Below the pieces are notes generated by a model. It saw nothing but the letters and a program-made list of their open reading frames with translations. It did not search any database and had not been told where the DNA came from. From NCBI GenBank assembly GCA_963765205.1, contig CAVXVB010000009.1:128001-192000 (forward strand): DNA of 64,000 bases, written 5' to 3'. Shown here in pieces: positions 1 to 16,780 of this stretch. Source of the stretch: an uncultured Verrucomicrobiae bacterium (GTDB taxonomy: Bacteria; Verrucomicrobiota; Verrucomicrobiia; Opitutales; JABDGR01). Each line of letters begins with the position of its first letter. The stretch's first letter is position 1. A program made the translations under genes and the position numbers.

Positions 1-55
1 AGCCGAGGGAGATTGGGTCAGACGAAAATTTCGTAAGGTCCCCGTCTCAACCACA

Positions 56-541
56 TCAATCCGCTCTTCCGCCTTTTTCTGCCGCGATGACGGCATTGGC
101 GAGTTCTTCGCACCCCAGCATTTGAGCGAAGGCGCAAATGCCCACGCGGCCAGCCTTCTGGTAGGACTCCACTTTGTAGGCCGCACAAATCAGGTCGGCA
201 TCCGTGGCCGCGCCCGGCGGGGTGTTGGCGGGCGCCAGATTCGCAATAAGCAGGCCCATGGGCGACTCATAATCGTCGGCCAAGGGCACCCCAAAAAGTT
301 CGCTGGTCCGCGCCAAATGGGCGAGGTAGCGTTTGCTTTGGACCTGGTATTCCAGAAAGTGCGCCTTCAGTCCCTGGTCGTAGGCCGCTTCCGCCAGTTT
401 GGGCAACACCTGGAGAAACTGTATTTCAACACTGTATAATTCCGATATCTGTTCAATCAGGACATCCTGAAGGGTTTTGGCGCAAGGGGTGGCATGCATG
501 ACATTATATTTTGGGGGATTGGGGTCGGGGGATAAAGACAA
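56..541 (-). CDS. DUF892/YciF-like ferritin-fold protein, divergent (start may be the internal Met of MHATPCAK)
   Basis: TLQDVLIEQISELYSVEIQ...LPKLAEAA and DADLICAAYKVESYQ match the YciF pattern (DAALIAAAQKVEHYE); last helix short. Confidence 0.7.
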   Translation of the reverse strand: MSLSPDPNPPKYNVMHATPCAKTLQDVLIEQISELYSVEIQFLQVLPKLAEAAYDQGLKAHFLEYQVQSKRYLAHLARTSELFGVPLADDYESPMGLLIANLAPANTPPGAATDADLICAAYKVESYQKAGRVGICAFAQMLGCEELANAVIAAEKGGRAD

Positions 542-632
542 AAAACACGCTCCGATAACGCAAAGCGACTCGGCTTCGATCCAACCGGTTCTGCCAAACC
601 GACTGAACCGACTGGACGGGGGAGGGGCGCGA

Positions 633-853
633 CTAGCGGACGTGGAAAATATCCTTAATTAACTTCTCGAGTTCCTTCCGGTTTTGTCCGGTCAGTCTTT
701 GGATGCGACCGAGCAGTTCTTCCTCCTGGCCCTCCACATACCGCAAGTCGTTGTCGGTGAGCGCGGCATACTTCTGCTTGAGTTTGCCTTTGATGATGTG
801 TTCCAATGGCCGTGGATGATTTCGGCGGTCGGCGATTCGATTAGTGAGTTCAT
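633..853 (-). pseudogene. csbD: CsbD-family stress protein, frameshifted; not in the ORF track
   Basis: Manual translation MNSLIESPTAEIIHGHWN/IIKGKLKQKYAALTDNDLRYVEGQEEELLGRIQRLTGQNRKELEKLIKDIFHVR*; extra AC dinucleotide near 797-801 shifts frame. Confidence 0.85.
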
Positions 854-992
854 GTGTTTTCAGGTTTTATTATGTTTGGATTTGATCGGGAAAAACAACT
901 CTCTGACCCAGGCCTATAGCCATCATCTTAAGGCAGGGTTTTCGTTCCAGAACGCGATGGGGGCGGCCATTCAGCCTGGCCGGAAGAAATTA

Positions 993-2564
993 CTAATGGC
1001 CCGGGATCACCCCTCTGACTGCGCCACCCACATTCACATTCACCGCGCCGCTCACCGTTTGCTGGACACCCGGCATCGGGCTGGCCGTGCCCGGGGTAGG
1101 CACGGCGGTCGGGCCTCCCGGCGCATTGGGCTGCACCAGATTAGCCGTGGTGTAGCCTTCGGTTCCTGCCGCCGAAAGAATGGGAAAGATGTTATTGGCT
1201 TGGCGAGTCAGATAGCTGCCGATGAGGATTCTTTCGTCGGAGGGCATCGCTACTTTGTCCGAGAAAACAGCATTGGCTGTAATGGAAGTGTTCCCATAAA
1301 ACTTTTGCGTGTTCTCCTCATCCACCGCCACCTTCGTGGCCGCCACCACGGCCCCCACGTCCAGCCCCGCGGAACTTTGGTAAAGAATAACGTCGGTGGT
1401 GTTATCCAGGGTGGTGTCGCCGTTGACCTGGGCGCCGGCGACCGCGTTGAGATTTCCGCTCCAGGCAAAATTGCCTTCCGTCAGGGTGCGCATAGCTTTG
1501 TCCGACATCAAGAAGGCAAGGGTGTGCGTTTCCTCCCCGCCAACTTGCAAGCCGAGGCTGGCGCCCTCGAGGGTGTAAAATACTGGCCCACTGAACCGGC
1601 GGTTGCTCATCATTTTGAAGCCGATGGCGTAACCACCGGTGGCCCCGGCGCCCACCCCGCCGGACCAGCGATTGATAATCAGTACCCCTTTGGCCTTGGC
1701 GACCACATAGTTGGGAATGGTCGTCTCATCTTTTGATAATAAAGTTTTGTATAATTCAGCGGCCTCTTTCAACTGCTCATTCAGTTTCACTTTGATCGTC
1801 GCCGCGTCGCCGGCCGCCACATCCGCCGAGGCCACCAGGATTTTGGCCGGCGCGGGCGCCGCCACTTTCCCCGAGAGAATCTCGTCGGCCGTGACGGAGG
1901 CGTCGCCATAAAACTTTTGCGTGTTCTCCTCATCCACCGCCACCTTCGTGGCCGCCACCACGGCCCCCACGTCCAGCCCCGCGGAACTTTGGTAAAGAAC
2001 AACGTCGGCGGTGTTATCCAGGGTGGAATCGCTGCTGGCATGGGCGCCGGCGACCGCCTTGAGATTCCCACTCCAGACAAATTTGCCTTCCGTCAGGGTG
2101 CGGACGGCCGTGTCCGACATCAAAAACGCGACGGTGTGCGTCTTCTCCCCGCCAACTTGCAAGCCGAGGCTGGCGCCCTCGAGGGTGTAAAATACCGGCC
2201 CACTAAACCGGCCATTGCTCATCTTCTTCAAGCCGATGGCGTAACCACCGGTGGCCCCGACGCCCACCCCGCCGGACCAGCGATTGATAATCAGCACCCC
2301 TTTGGCCTGCGCGGCCACTTGGGCGGAAACGGCGGTGTCGTCTTTGGCCAGCAAAGTTTTGTAAAAATCAATGGCGTCGTTCAACTGCTCATTCAGTTTA
2401 GCTTTGATCGTCGCCGCGTCGCCGGCCGCCACATCCGCCGAGGCATTGGCATTCAGGTTTTCATTGGTTGCGACGGTCGTTTCGGCCGCGGGAAGCGAAA
2501 GCGTTCCCATCAATAAGAGCATGACCGCGGGCTTCCAAAAGAAGGGGAGAGTGTAAGTTTTCAT
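993..2564 (-). CDS. Exported protein with two tandem Ysc84/SYLF lipid-binding domains
   Basis: Signal peptide; two copies of AKGVLII..GGVG.G..GG..SGPVFYTLEGASLGLQVGG..N.KFYG; Pro-rich tail. Confidence 0.85.
   Translation of the reverse strand: MKTYTLPFFWKPAVMLLLMGTLSLPAAETTVATNENLNANASADVAAGDAATIKAKLNEQLNDAIDFYKTLLAKDDTAVSAQVAAQAKGVLIINRWSGGVGVGATGGYAIGLKKMSNGRFSGPVFYTLEGASLGLQVGGEKTHTVAFLMSDTAVRTLTEGKFVWSGNLKAVAGAHASSDSTLDNTADVVLYQSSAGLDVGAVVAATKVAVDEENTQKFYGDASVTADEILSGKVAAPAPAKILVASADVAAGDAATIKVKLNEQLKEAAELYKTLLSKDETTIPNYVVAKAKGVLIINRWSGGVGAGATGGYAIGFKMMSNRRFSGPVFYTLEGASLGLQVGGEETHTLAFLMSDKAMRTLTEGNFAWSGNLNAVAGAQVNGDTTLDNTTDVILYQSSAGLDVGAVVAATKVAVDEENTQKFYGNTSITANAVFSDKVAMPSDERILIGSYLTRQANNIFPILSAAGTEGYTTANLVQPNAPGGPTAVPTPGTASPMPGVQQTVSGAVNVNVGGAVRGVIPGH
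1250..2444 (-). repeat. Intragenic tandem duplication, 612-bp period
   Basis: tttgatcgtcgccgcgtcgccggccgccacatccgccgaggc occurs at 1791 and 2403; long identical tracts between the copies. Confidence 0.9.
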
Positions 2565-2780
2565 TTTTTTGAAGAGTTGAAGGTTTGGGTGCTATTCATC
2601 AGGCTTTTTAAAGCCGTACCACTGGTCGATTAACCCAAGGACAGGGAATGAAGAAGGATACCACATCGCCCAGCCTTCGGCCATGGGGGTATTATGCGTA
2701 ATGGCCCTGCTTGCTGCCCGAGCAAACCTGGAAACACGCGTCAACCGCCGCAAACGCCCAAGGCTCCCAAAAAACGCGGA

Positions 2781-3458
2781 TTAGACGCCCATAATCTGCA
2801 CGCCGTCTTCGATGACACCCTGGGTCAGGGCATAGCGGGTCAGGCCGGCGGTATTGTGTATCCGCAGTTTGTTCATCAAGCGTTGCCGGTGTTTTTCCAC
2901 CGTCTTGATGCTCAGGTTAAGCACCGACGCGATTTGCTTGTTGGAGGAGCCCTCAGCGATCAGCTGGAGAATTTCCCCTTCCCGCGCGCTCAATGACTTT
3001 TTAATTTTTTCCGGCATGGGCGCATTTTTAGCCGCGGCGGCTGCCTTCCCAAAAATGCGCTTGGAAATTAGGGGGTCAAAAAATGGCTTGCCCTGCGCGA
3101 GTTCCCGGATGGCCGTAGCCAACAGGCTGGCGGAGCTTTGTTTCAGCAAATAGCCGGTGACGCCAGCCTGCACCACGCGCTCCAAGTAATCATCGCTGCT
3201 GTAGGCGGAGAGGATGAGCACGTTGGTCGCTGGCAGGGCGGCGCGGATCTGCCGCGCGGCCTCCATGCCGTTGAGCAGCGGCATGGCGATGTCCATCACC
3301 ACCACGTCCGGGCGCAATTCCCTGGCCAGTTCCACGGCTTTCCGGCCCGTCTGCGCCTCGCCAATCACGCTGATGTCTTTTTCCATCCGCAAGAGCGAAC
3401 GGAAGCCTTCCCGGACAACCCCATGATCATCCGCCAGCAATACGGTGATAAATTTCAT
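2781..3458 (-). CDS. NarL/LuxR-family response regulator
   Basis: LLADDH, VVMDIAMP receiver; LSAREGEILQLIAEG.SNKQIA..L.LS.KTVEKHR HTH. Confidence 0.95.
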   Translation of the reverse strand: MKFITVLLADDHGVVREGFRSLLRMEKDISVIGEAQTGRKAVELARELRPDVVVMDIAMPLLNGMEAARQIRAALPATNVLILSAYSSDDYLERVVQAGVTGYLLKQSSASLLATAIRELAQGKPFFDPLISKRIFGKAAAAAKNAPMPEKIKKSLSAREGEILQLIAEGSSNKQIASVLNLSIKTVEKHRQRLMNKLRIHNTAGLTRYALTQGVIEDGVQIMGV

Positions 3459-3604
3459 AACAGTATGAAATGGGCGCTGGGCAATTGGTGGCGGCGCCCT
3501 GTGGCACCCCGCCCATCCTGAATAAAATTATACCGATGAGGAAAATTTGGCAAGCAATAATTGCCTGCAACCACCAGTTAATGAGTGGGGGAAATGGAAT
3601 GGCC

Positions 3605-4135
3605 TTACCCCGCCTTCCGTTGCCGGCAACTCTCCATCACGACGGGGGCGAAGGGAACGCAAGAGTTAAAGTCCATCCCGAGTTCACCCAGGCTGGTCTT
3701 GGCGGCCGTCTCTTCATCCAGCGTGGTTTGCAGCAGTTTGGCCGCTTCGGTTAAGTTCAAAAGCCCTGCGACGGTATGCGCGCTGGCATAACCGACCAGC
3801 TTGCAGTGGCTCATTTTTTGGGCCAGGCAGACGAGTTGGATGTCCCGCGCACTGCTGGGCGGCGAGTTAATCTTCTCGGCCAGATCCGCCAGCAGGCCAA
3901 TCATGCCGTTGCTGGGCTTGCCGAGAGGCGACAGTCCAAAAGATTTGGCCACGCGCTCCACCCGAAATAGATCGCGCTTGGTCTGTTCCAAATGTTGCTG
4001 GAAAAGACCCTGGAGCATGGCATTGGACGAGGCCCGGGCCATGCGCAAGTAGGCTTTGAGCTGATGCAGCTCCGTGCTATGGAGATCACGCAGTTCTTCG
4101 GCGAGCACATCCCTGAGCGTTTTGGGTTTGGACAT
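3605..4135 (-). CDS. DUF892/YciF-like ferritin-fold protein, divergent
   Basis: LRDVLAEELRDLHSTE, HLEQT, RDIQLVCLAQK, LLQTTLDEE. Confidence 0.8.
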   Translation of the reverse strand: MSKPKTLRDVLAEELRDLHSTELHQLKAYLRMARASSNAMLQGLFQQHLEQTKRDLFRVERVAKSFGLSPLGKPSNGMIGLLADLAEKINSPPSSARDIQLVCLAQKMSHCKLVGYASAHTVAGLLNLTEAAKLLQTTLDEETAAKTSLGELGMDFNSCVPFAPVVMESCRQRKAG

Positions 4136-4213
4136 AATAGATGGCAGGAAAATAATAGGGAGGCGAGGTCATCCGGCAGTGCGCCGTTCAACGCGGCGCC
4201 CAGCCCCAAGGGG

Positions 4214-4951
4214 CTACTGCGCGACGGTCATGTTGTTGGTCACCGACTTGACGCCGCGGATATTCTCCGCCAACCGGGTGATGAGGCTTTTCTGCGCGCT
4301 GGAATCGGCCCGGCCGCTGATCACGACGGCGCCGTCCATGGTCGTGATGGCCGGTTTGCTGGCGCGGGTCGAGGGATAGGTGGTCAATTCGTGCTTAATT
4401 TCCGTGGTAATGGAAGTATCGTCCACATACTGCTCCATCGGCGTGATCGGCGGCGCCTGGATGGTCATCTCATTGTTCACCGATTTCACCCCCGCCACCT
4501 GGCGGGTGTAGAATTCGGTCAGGTCTTTTTGCCCCTGGTTGTCGGCCACTCCGCTGAGGGTTACCACGCCATTGTTGACTTTAACGGTCGTGGCGGTGGC
4601 GCTCACGTCGGCCCGAATCAGCAATTGATAGCGAATTTTGAAGGCGATCCAGCCATCCGAATGCTCGGGCGGCGGATTTTCGACCTTGATCTGGTTGTCC
4701 ACCCGCAGCACGCCCGGCAGATTATCAACCGTGTCTTCAGCCAGGGTCTTGAGATCCTGATTGGGCACGGTGCCGGTCAGGGTGACAACGCCATTCTGGC
4801 AGGAAATTTTGACCTGATCCTCCAGCACGGTGCGGTAATTGTAGGAGGCCTTGGCCGCGTTTTCGATCTTGGTGTCATCCGCGGCCGCCAGCAGCGGACT
4901 GGTGATGAGAATCGCGCTGGAAATGAGGGTGATGAGCTTGATGGTTTTCAT
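4214..4951 (-). CDS. Periplasmic OsmY-like protein with three BON domains
   Basis: Signal peptide; three G(V/A)V(T/V)(L/I).G...GV..V.N BON repeats. Confidence 0.92.
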   Translation of the reverse strand: MKTIKLITLISSAILITSPLLAAADDTKIENAAKASYNYRTVLEDQVKISCQNGVVTLTGTVPNQDLKTLAEDTVDNLPGVLRVDNQIKVENPPPEHSDGWIAFKIRYQLLIRADVSATATTVKVNNGVVTLSGVADNQGQKDLTEFYTRQVAGVKSVNNEMTIQAPPITPMEQYVDDTSITTEIKHELTTYPSTRASKPAITTMDGAVVISGRADSSAQKSLITRLAENIRGVKSVTNNMTVAQ

Positions 4952-5237
4952 GTTAATCTCCGGAATAACGGGTGAAACGAGACGAATGTGATTCTACCGC
5001 GTTTTTCATTTTATGGGTATTGGGGTGTTGTCCTACCTATGAAATAACCGGCCAACATTTGAATTCTCGGAAACCTGTGGTAGCTTGAAAGAGACTTTAA
5101 TTTCAGCGGTCCGGAGCATTGACGCTTTGGAACCAGAGCGTCAAAGGACCCACTGGATAGCAGGGATGGACGCTGGGCGAAAGCCGCCCAGCGTCCGCTT
5201 ATCCGATCAAGCCACCGGCACCCGGAGGAAAAAGCCC

Positions 5238-5429
5238 ATGCCCAGCGGAGACAAAAGCAGCTACACGGACAAACAGAAGCGGATGGCGCAACACATTGTG
5301 GCCAGCTACGAAGAACGGGGCGTGAGTCACCGTGTGGCGGAGGAGCGCGCCTGGCGCACCGTGAACAAGGAAACCGGGGGCGGCAGAAAATCCGGCGGCG
5401 GTCGCAAAGACGCCGCCAAATTTTCCTGA
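5238..5429 (+). CDS. Small basic conserved protein (MPxGDKSxYTDKQKR family)
   Basis: MPSGDKSSYTDKQKRMAQHI..SYEERGVS...AE.RAW.TVNK; GGAGG RBS at 5224. Confidence 0.75.
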   Translation: MPSGDKSSYTDKQKRMAQHIVASYEERGVSHRVAEERAWRTVNKETGGGRKSGGGRKDAAKFS

Positions 5430-5595
5430 AAAATGCCCGCAATTTTAATTCGTAAATCGCACTAAATGAAAAACGCCTATGCGCGCAACCACTCGTAAAT
5501 CTTCCGTAAAATTTAGGAGGCCTTGCTCGCAAAGCTAATAATCTGGGTAAAATTGCCTTTAGACGGATCTTGTCACCTCAACTCCACCAAGCACC

Positions 5596-5838
5596 ATGAA
5601 ACGCATTATTCCATTACTAGCCCTGCTCGCCCTTTGCGGTTGCAGCTCGGAAGACAGCACTTCCTCCGCGGGAAATTCGGCGCCGGCAAGCCCGGCCTTG
5701 ACCGTTCCGCCCAACCCAGCCATTTCGACGGCGCCGTCTGGCTCGCCGATCAACCCACCGATTCCGAAGATGCCCCCGGCGGCGACTACACCCTCGGACA
5801 CGGCCGCAACTTCCTCGTCGGGCACCACCACCAACTGA
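5596..5838 (+). CDS. Small Ser/Thr/Pro-rich lipoprotein
   Basis: MKR + hydrophobic stretch + LCGC lipobox; low-complexity tail. Confidence 0.7.
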   Translation: MKRIIPLLALLALCGCSSEDSTSSAGNSAPASPALTVPPNPAISTAPSGSPINPPIPKMPPAATTPSDTAATSSSGTTTN

Positions 5839-5846
5839 AGGTGGCG

Positions 5847-5907
5847 GCCTCCGGGCTTTTGGCTTGGGCCGGGCATAGAAGCCTTCAGCCGCCAAAAGCC
5901 TGGAGGC
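5847..5907. repeat. 17-bp inverted repeat downstream of the lipoprotein gene
   Basis: gcctccgggcttttggc (5847-5863) / gccaaaagcctggaggc (5891-5907). Confidence 0.6.
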
Positions 5908-6290
5908 GCAGCACGCGAGCACGGATCAATAACAATTGCCCGCCCATTTACTGGCATGCTTGCGGGGCGCTTTTCTTGTGGCTCGAATGGTGGTCAGGAT
6001 TTTGGCGCAGCCTAAAACCGTTGCCGGAGTTGACCAATTGGGTTTCAAAACCCTGCGCGCTTGCATTTTGCAGGGTGCTTTGGGCACCATAACCCGTAGT
6101 CATGATTAAAACGCGACCCGGTTGCTCTAATGGTTAGAGCAACTGACCGGCGAATTAAAATTTGTTCAGGTCCGGTTGGCCAATCCCCAACGGGTTGCGT
6201 GGGGCATGACTGGATCATGGCCGGTTCGGCCGCATCGTCATTGGCCATGGCGGCGGTGGGTCAATTGAACTGTAAAGGTGTGCGGCTTTC

Positions 6291-6310
6291 ATTGGTGTTT
6301 AAACACCAAT
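6291..6310. promoter_or_regulatory. Perfect 20-bp palindrome, candidate operator upstream of the poly-HAMP kinase
   Basis: ATTGGTGTTTAAACACCAAT; near-copy at 15950-15969. Confidence 0.55.
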
Positions 6311-6475
6311 CGTCCGCTTTGACGCCCACCTAGGCGCGGTTGTATCTTCGCGCCCAAGCGCTGGTGGATGAGGTGTCAACCCCAAGGCACCGAACCGCCT
6401 GGCGAATTTTCCGGGCCGGGTTGATCCCGGAGGACGGGCTGCGCAGAAGGAAAGACGCAACCTTAAACGACGCCC

Positions 6476-13030
<6,555 letters not shown>

Positions 13031-13097
13031 CCCCGCCCGGCGGTCGCCTTTTTCGCCGGTTCTTGCCACAAAAAACAACCCCCTAACCGCTCCCCCA

Positions 13098-14885
13098 GTG
13101 AACCCCCCCATCAACATTCTACTGGTAGATGACGAATCCCGCAACTTGGACGCCCTGGAGAGCGTCCTCCAGTCGCCCGATTACGGCCTGGTCCGCGCCC
13201 AGACTGCGGAGCAAGCCTTGCTCCTGCTGCTCCATGGGGACTTTGCCGCCATCGTGCTCGACATTCATATGCCGCAAATTACGGGCCTTGAGCTGGCAAA
13301 CCTCATCAAGCAACGGAAACGCACCCAACACATACCGATCATTTTCCTGACGGCCTATTATCAGGCCGACAAGGATGTGCTGGAAGGCTATGGGAGCGGG
13401 GCGGTGGACTACCTCACCAAGCCGCTCAATCCGCAGATTCTCAAGTCGAAGATCGGGGTTTTTGTGGATTTGTTCCGCAAGTCGCACGCGTTGCTGGCGG
13501 CCAACACCGCGTTGGAGCAGGAGATCATCCAGCGCCAAAACGCGGAAACCGCGCTGCGCCAGGCCAACAATGAATTGGAGGCCCGCGTCGAAGCGCGGGC
13601 CGCCGACTTGTTGCGCGTGAATGAACAATTGCGCAAACGCGAAGCCGACTTGCGCGCGAGCGAGGCGCAGGCCTTGGCCGCCTCCCGCGCCAAGGACGAT
13701 TTCCTGGCGGCGTTGTCCCACGAACTGCGCACCCCCTTGAATCCCGTGCTGCTGTTGGCGACGGAGGCGGCCGGCAATCCGCAGTTGCCGCCAGCGGTGC
13801 GGGCTGATTTCGAAACCATCGCCAAAAACGTCGCGCTCGAAGCCCGGCTCATTGACGATCTTTTGGACCTGACTCGCATCGCGCACGGCAAGGTGAAGCT
13901 CGAAACGCAGCCCTGCGACGTCCACGCCGGCCTGCGGGAGGCCATCGCCATGACGCGGGAGGAAGTTAACCAGAAGCAAATCCGGCTCACGCTCAAATTG
14001 AATGCGCCGCGCAGCCTGGTCTGCGGTGACGATGTGCGGCTCAAGCAGGTGTTTTGGAATGTAATCAAGAATGCGGTGAAGTTTACCCCCGAGGGCGGGC
14101 AAATCACCGTGGAAACTGGCTCCGGGGAGCAGAGCGGCGAGTTGACGGTCATGGTGGCAGACACGGGCATCGGCATGTCGCCCGCGGAACTCGAGCGTGT
14201 TTTTCAGCCCTTCACCCAGGGCGACCACGTCATCCAGGGTGGCCCGCATCGCTTCGGCGGCTTGGGTCTGGGTCTGGCCATCTCGAAGATGATGGTCAAA
14301 TTGCACGCGGGTTCCATCAGCGCCACCAGCGGCGGTCGCGACCAGGGCACCACCGTGCTGATCAGACTCCCGCAGCCGGCGGAGGCGCCGGCTCCCTCGC
14401 CGGCCCCGTTGATTTCCCTCGGCACGGGATCCGCCCTGGCCGCCGCGAAGGCCGCGCGCACGCGCCGCATCCTCCTCGTCGAGGATCATCCTTCGACGGC
14501 GCTGGCTCTCGCCCAGTTGCTGGGCCGGCGAAAATTTGAAATTGTGATCGCCAACTCCCTGGCCGAGGCGCGCGCCTCGGCTGGCCGGGAAAAATTCGAT
14601 TTATTAATTTCCGACATTGGGTTGCCTGATGGCAATGGATACGATTTAATGAACGAACTGCGCGACCGCGAGGGGCTGGTGGGCATCGCCTTGACCGGCT
14701 ATGGCTCGGAAGCGGATGTGCAGCGCAGCCAGTCCGCCGGGTTCCTGATCCAACTGACCAAGCCGGTCACCATCCAGGCCTTGGATGGGGCCTTGTCTGC
14801 CGCCAGCCACCGGCTCAGCCCCACCGAAGCCGGGGCGGGGATTAATTTGCCGGCGCCGGATGGTTCGCAAGGCCAGGCAGGGTGA
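13098..14885 (+). CDS. Hybrid kinase REC-coiled coil-HisKA-HATPase-REC with OsaB-like N-terminal receiver
   Basis: GTG start inferred; [58 protein letters not shown]-terminal REC. Confidence 0.93.
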   Translation: MNPPINILLVDDESRNLDALESVLQSPDYGLVRAQTAEQALLLLLHGDFAAIVLDIHMPQITGLELANLIKQRKRTQHIPIIFLTAYYQADKDVLEGYGSGAVDYLTKPLNPQILKSKIGVFVDLFRKSHALLAANTALEQEIIQRQNAETALRQANNELEARVEARAADLLRVNEQLRKREADLRASEAQALAASRAKDDFLAALSHELRTPLNPVLLLATEAAGNPQLPPAVRADFETIAKNVALEARLIDDLLDLTRIAHGKVKLETQPCDVHAGLREAIAMTREEVNQKQIRLTLKLNAPRSLVCGDDVRLKQVFWNVIKNAVKFTPEGGQITVETGSGEQSGELTVMVADTGIGMSPAELERVFQPFTQGDHVIQGGPHRFGGLGLGLAISKMMVKLHAGSISATSGGRDQGTTVLIRLPQPAEAPAPSPAPLISLGTGSALAAAKAARTRRILLVEDHPSTALALAQLLGRRKFEIVIANSLAEARASAGREKFDLLISDIGLPDGNGYDLMNELRDREGLVGIALTGYGSEADVQRSQSAGFLIQLTKPVTIQALDGALSAASHRLSPTEAGAGINLPAPDGSQGQAG

Positions 14886-15906
14886 AATAAAATACCGACG
14901 TGTCTGGGCCGCGCCGCTCATAGCCGCAGCGGCCCTGCTGGAGCGCCACCAGCCGTTGCACGATGCTCAGCCCCAGCCCATGCCGGTTATGCGTGTGCAA
15001 GCGGTCAAATTGGGGAAATAAAACGCCCTCCAATTCGGCCGGCACGGCCGTGCCGTGATTGGCCACCCAAAAGCGCACGGATCTATTTTCATCCTTCCAA
15101 CCCAGTTGAATGGGCGTCCCCGGCCAGCGGTGCTTGAGCGCGTTCATAATCAGATTCCACCAAATCACGGTCAGCCATTCCGCCACGCCTTTGACTTTGG
15201 GCCAGTACACGGGACTTTGCACCGCGGCCCTCGCCTGGTCAATCGGGGACTGCAATTGGCGCAGGACGAAGGCCACCACCGCGTCCATCGGCACGTCCGT
15301 GGCCGGCAGTGGTTCCGCCGAGGCGGTGATGATTTCACTGAAGCGTTCAATTAACTGGGCGAGTTCAGGGATGGATGTCCGGATGACATCAATTTGCGTT
15401 TTTACCATGGACGGGTCTTCCCGCAACAGGGTATCCATGAGTTCGCAGTTGAGGTGCAGGCAGTTGAGGGGCGAACGCAAATCGTGGCCGAGGCGGCGGC
15501 CGAGGGTTTTCAAATCCCCTCGCAAACGGAGATTTTCGCGCAACAGTTCCTGTTGCATCAGCAACGCGCGAAAAAGCCGGGCCAGCAACTGCGGCGTACA
15601 TTCTTCCAGCGGTATGGATTCAACAAGGTCGGACGAATTGCGCCCCAGCACTAGGGTGGCCCAGCGCGGCTGCTCATCTCCGTCCATAGCATGTGCGGCC
15701 CGGCCAATTTCAGCCTCATCCCGATCTGACAAAATCAATAATTGCCGGCGGTCGGGGATTATGTGTTGGGCGGCCTCCCAGACGGAGCGGACGGCAATAA
15801 GTTGCGCCTCCAGAAAAGCCAGTGGGGCCGCCTCCCGGATCAGTTCGCGGGTCCGTTCCGGCAGTTCGACAAGAAATATGGCGGTCGCTTTCATGGACAT
15901 GACCAA
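14842..15906 (-). CDS. Histidine kinase with degenerate N-terminal receiver-like domain
   Basis: LGHDLRSPLN H-box, NLIMNALKH N-box, HGLGL G2; G1 reads NHGTA. Confidence 0.85.
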   Translation of the reverse strand: MVMSMKATAIFLVELPERTRELIREAAPLAFLEAQLIAVRSVWEAAQHIIPDRRQLLILSDRDEAEIGRAAHAMDGDEQPRWATLVLGRNSSDLVESIPLEECTPQLLARLFRALLMQQELLRENLRLRGDLKTLGRRLGHDLRSPLNCLHLNCELMDTLLREDPSMVKTQIDVIRTSIPELAQLIERFSEIITASAEPLPATDVPMDAVVAFVLRQLQSPIDQARAAVQSPVYWPKVKGVAEWLTVIWWNLIMNALKHRWPGTPIQLGWKDENRSVRFWVANHGTAVPAELEGVLFPQFDRLHTHNRHGLGLSIVQRLVALQQGRCGYERRGPDTSVFYFTLPGLANHPAPAN

Positions 15907-15979
15907 GGGCCAAGGCCACTCCAGTCCAGGCCATTGGTCAAGACTGGCGTTTGATGTTTAAATACCAGCCGGAACGGCC

Positions 15980-16780
15980 ATCATGAGGCAGCCGAGCGTG
16001 GCAAAAGCGCAGAAGAGCGAAGCGTGTTTTTCCCAGCGGGTGAGCAAACGACGGTGATAGCCCAGCCAGGCGATGGTGCGTTCGACTCTCCAGCGGCGGC
16101 GGTAGCGGCGCCGCGGTCGTCCGTCCTGGGTGACGTTTTCGGGCCGGCGGTTTTTGCGGTGCGGGGCGATCATTTCGATGCCCGGTTCGGCGAGGGTTTC
16201 GTCCAGTTCATCCACGTCGTAAGCCTTGTCGCCGATGAGGCGTTGCGGCTGGGCCTCGGGCTGGCCCAAGTCGAGCGTTTGCTGCACCATGTCGTGTTCG
16301 GGAACGCCAGAGGCGTCCACCGACAGCGCCAGCGGAATGCCTTGCCCATCAACGACTAACTGCACCTTCGTGCCCTTGCCCTTGGGCGACAGCCCCACGG
16401 CGTCACCACCGCCCTTGGCCGCCGCAAAGGTGGCGTCCACGAAGCATTCTTCCACATCGATGCGCCCAACCTCAATCAAGTGCCGGATAACTTGGGCGAA
16501 CAGCATGCGGAAGGCCCGCGACTGGCTCCACTGTTGCAGGTAGTCATGCACGGTGGACTTGGGGGGAAAGCTGCGTGGCAGCAGCTTCCACGGCATGCCC
16601 GTGTGCAGCATGAACAGGATGGCTTCGAACACCTCCCGCTCGTTGGCCCGGGGCCGCCCAAACACGCTGCGCTTGGGCCGTTGCAACACAGGACTTATAA
16701 TCTCCCATTGTTTGTCAGTTATAAACATCCCACTCCGAAAGCACCTTCCATGCCGACTGGCCTACTTTTCGGACAGCCTC
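15980..16780 (-). mobile_element. IS5-family element, 3'-truncated copy (transposase ORF 15958-16728)
   Basis: Near-identical to 52471-53325; left IR gaggctgtccgaaaagt ends at 16780; identity stops at 15980, right IR missing. Confidence 0.95.

Noticed and set aside
925..972. csbD promoter as a fifth member of the CCCCA motif
   Set aside because: Spacing to the -10 is 28 nt rather than 24-25 and the left half-site is absent
684..1736. 350-aa plus-strand ORF
   Set aside because: Antisense shadow of csbD and the SYLF gene
5168..5196. Perfect 12-bp hairpin before the small stress gene as an ncRNA or terminator
   Set aside because: No U tract, no second copy in the window and no recognisable family
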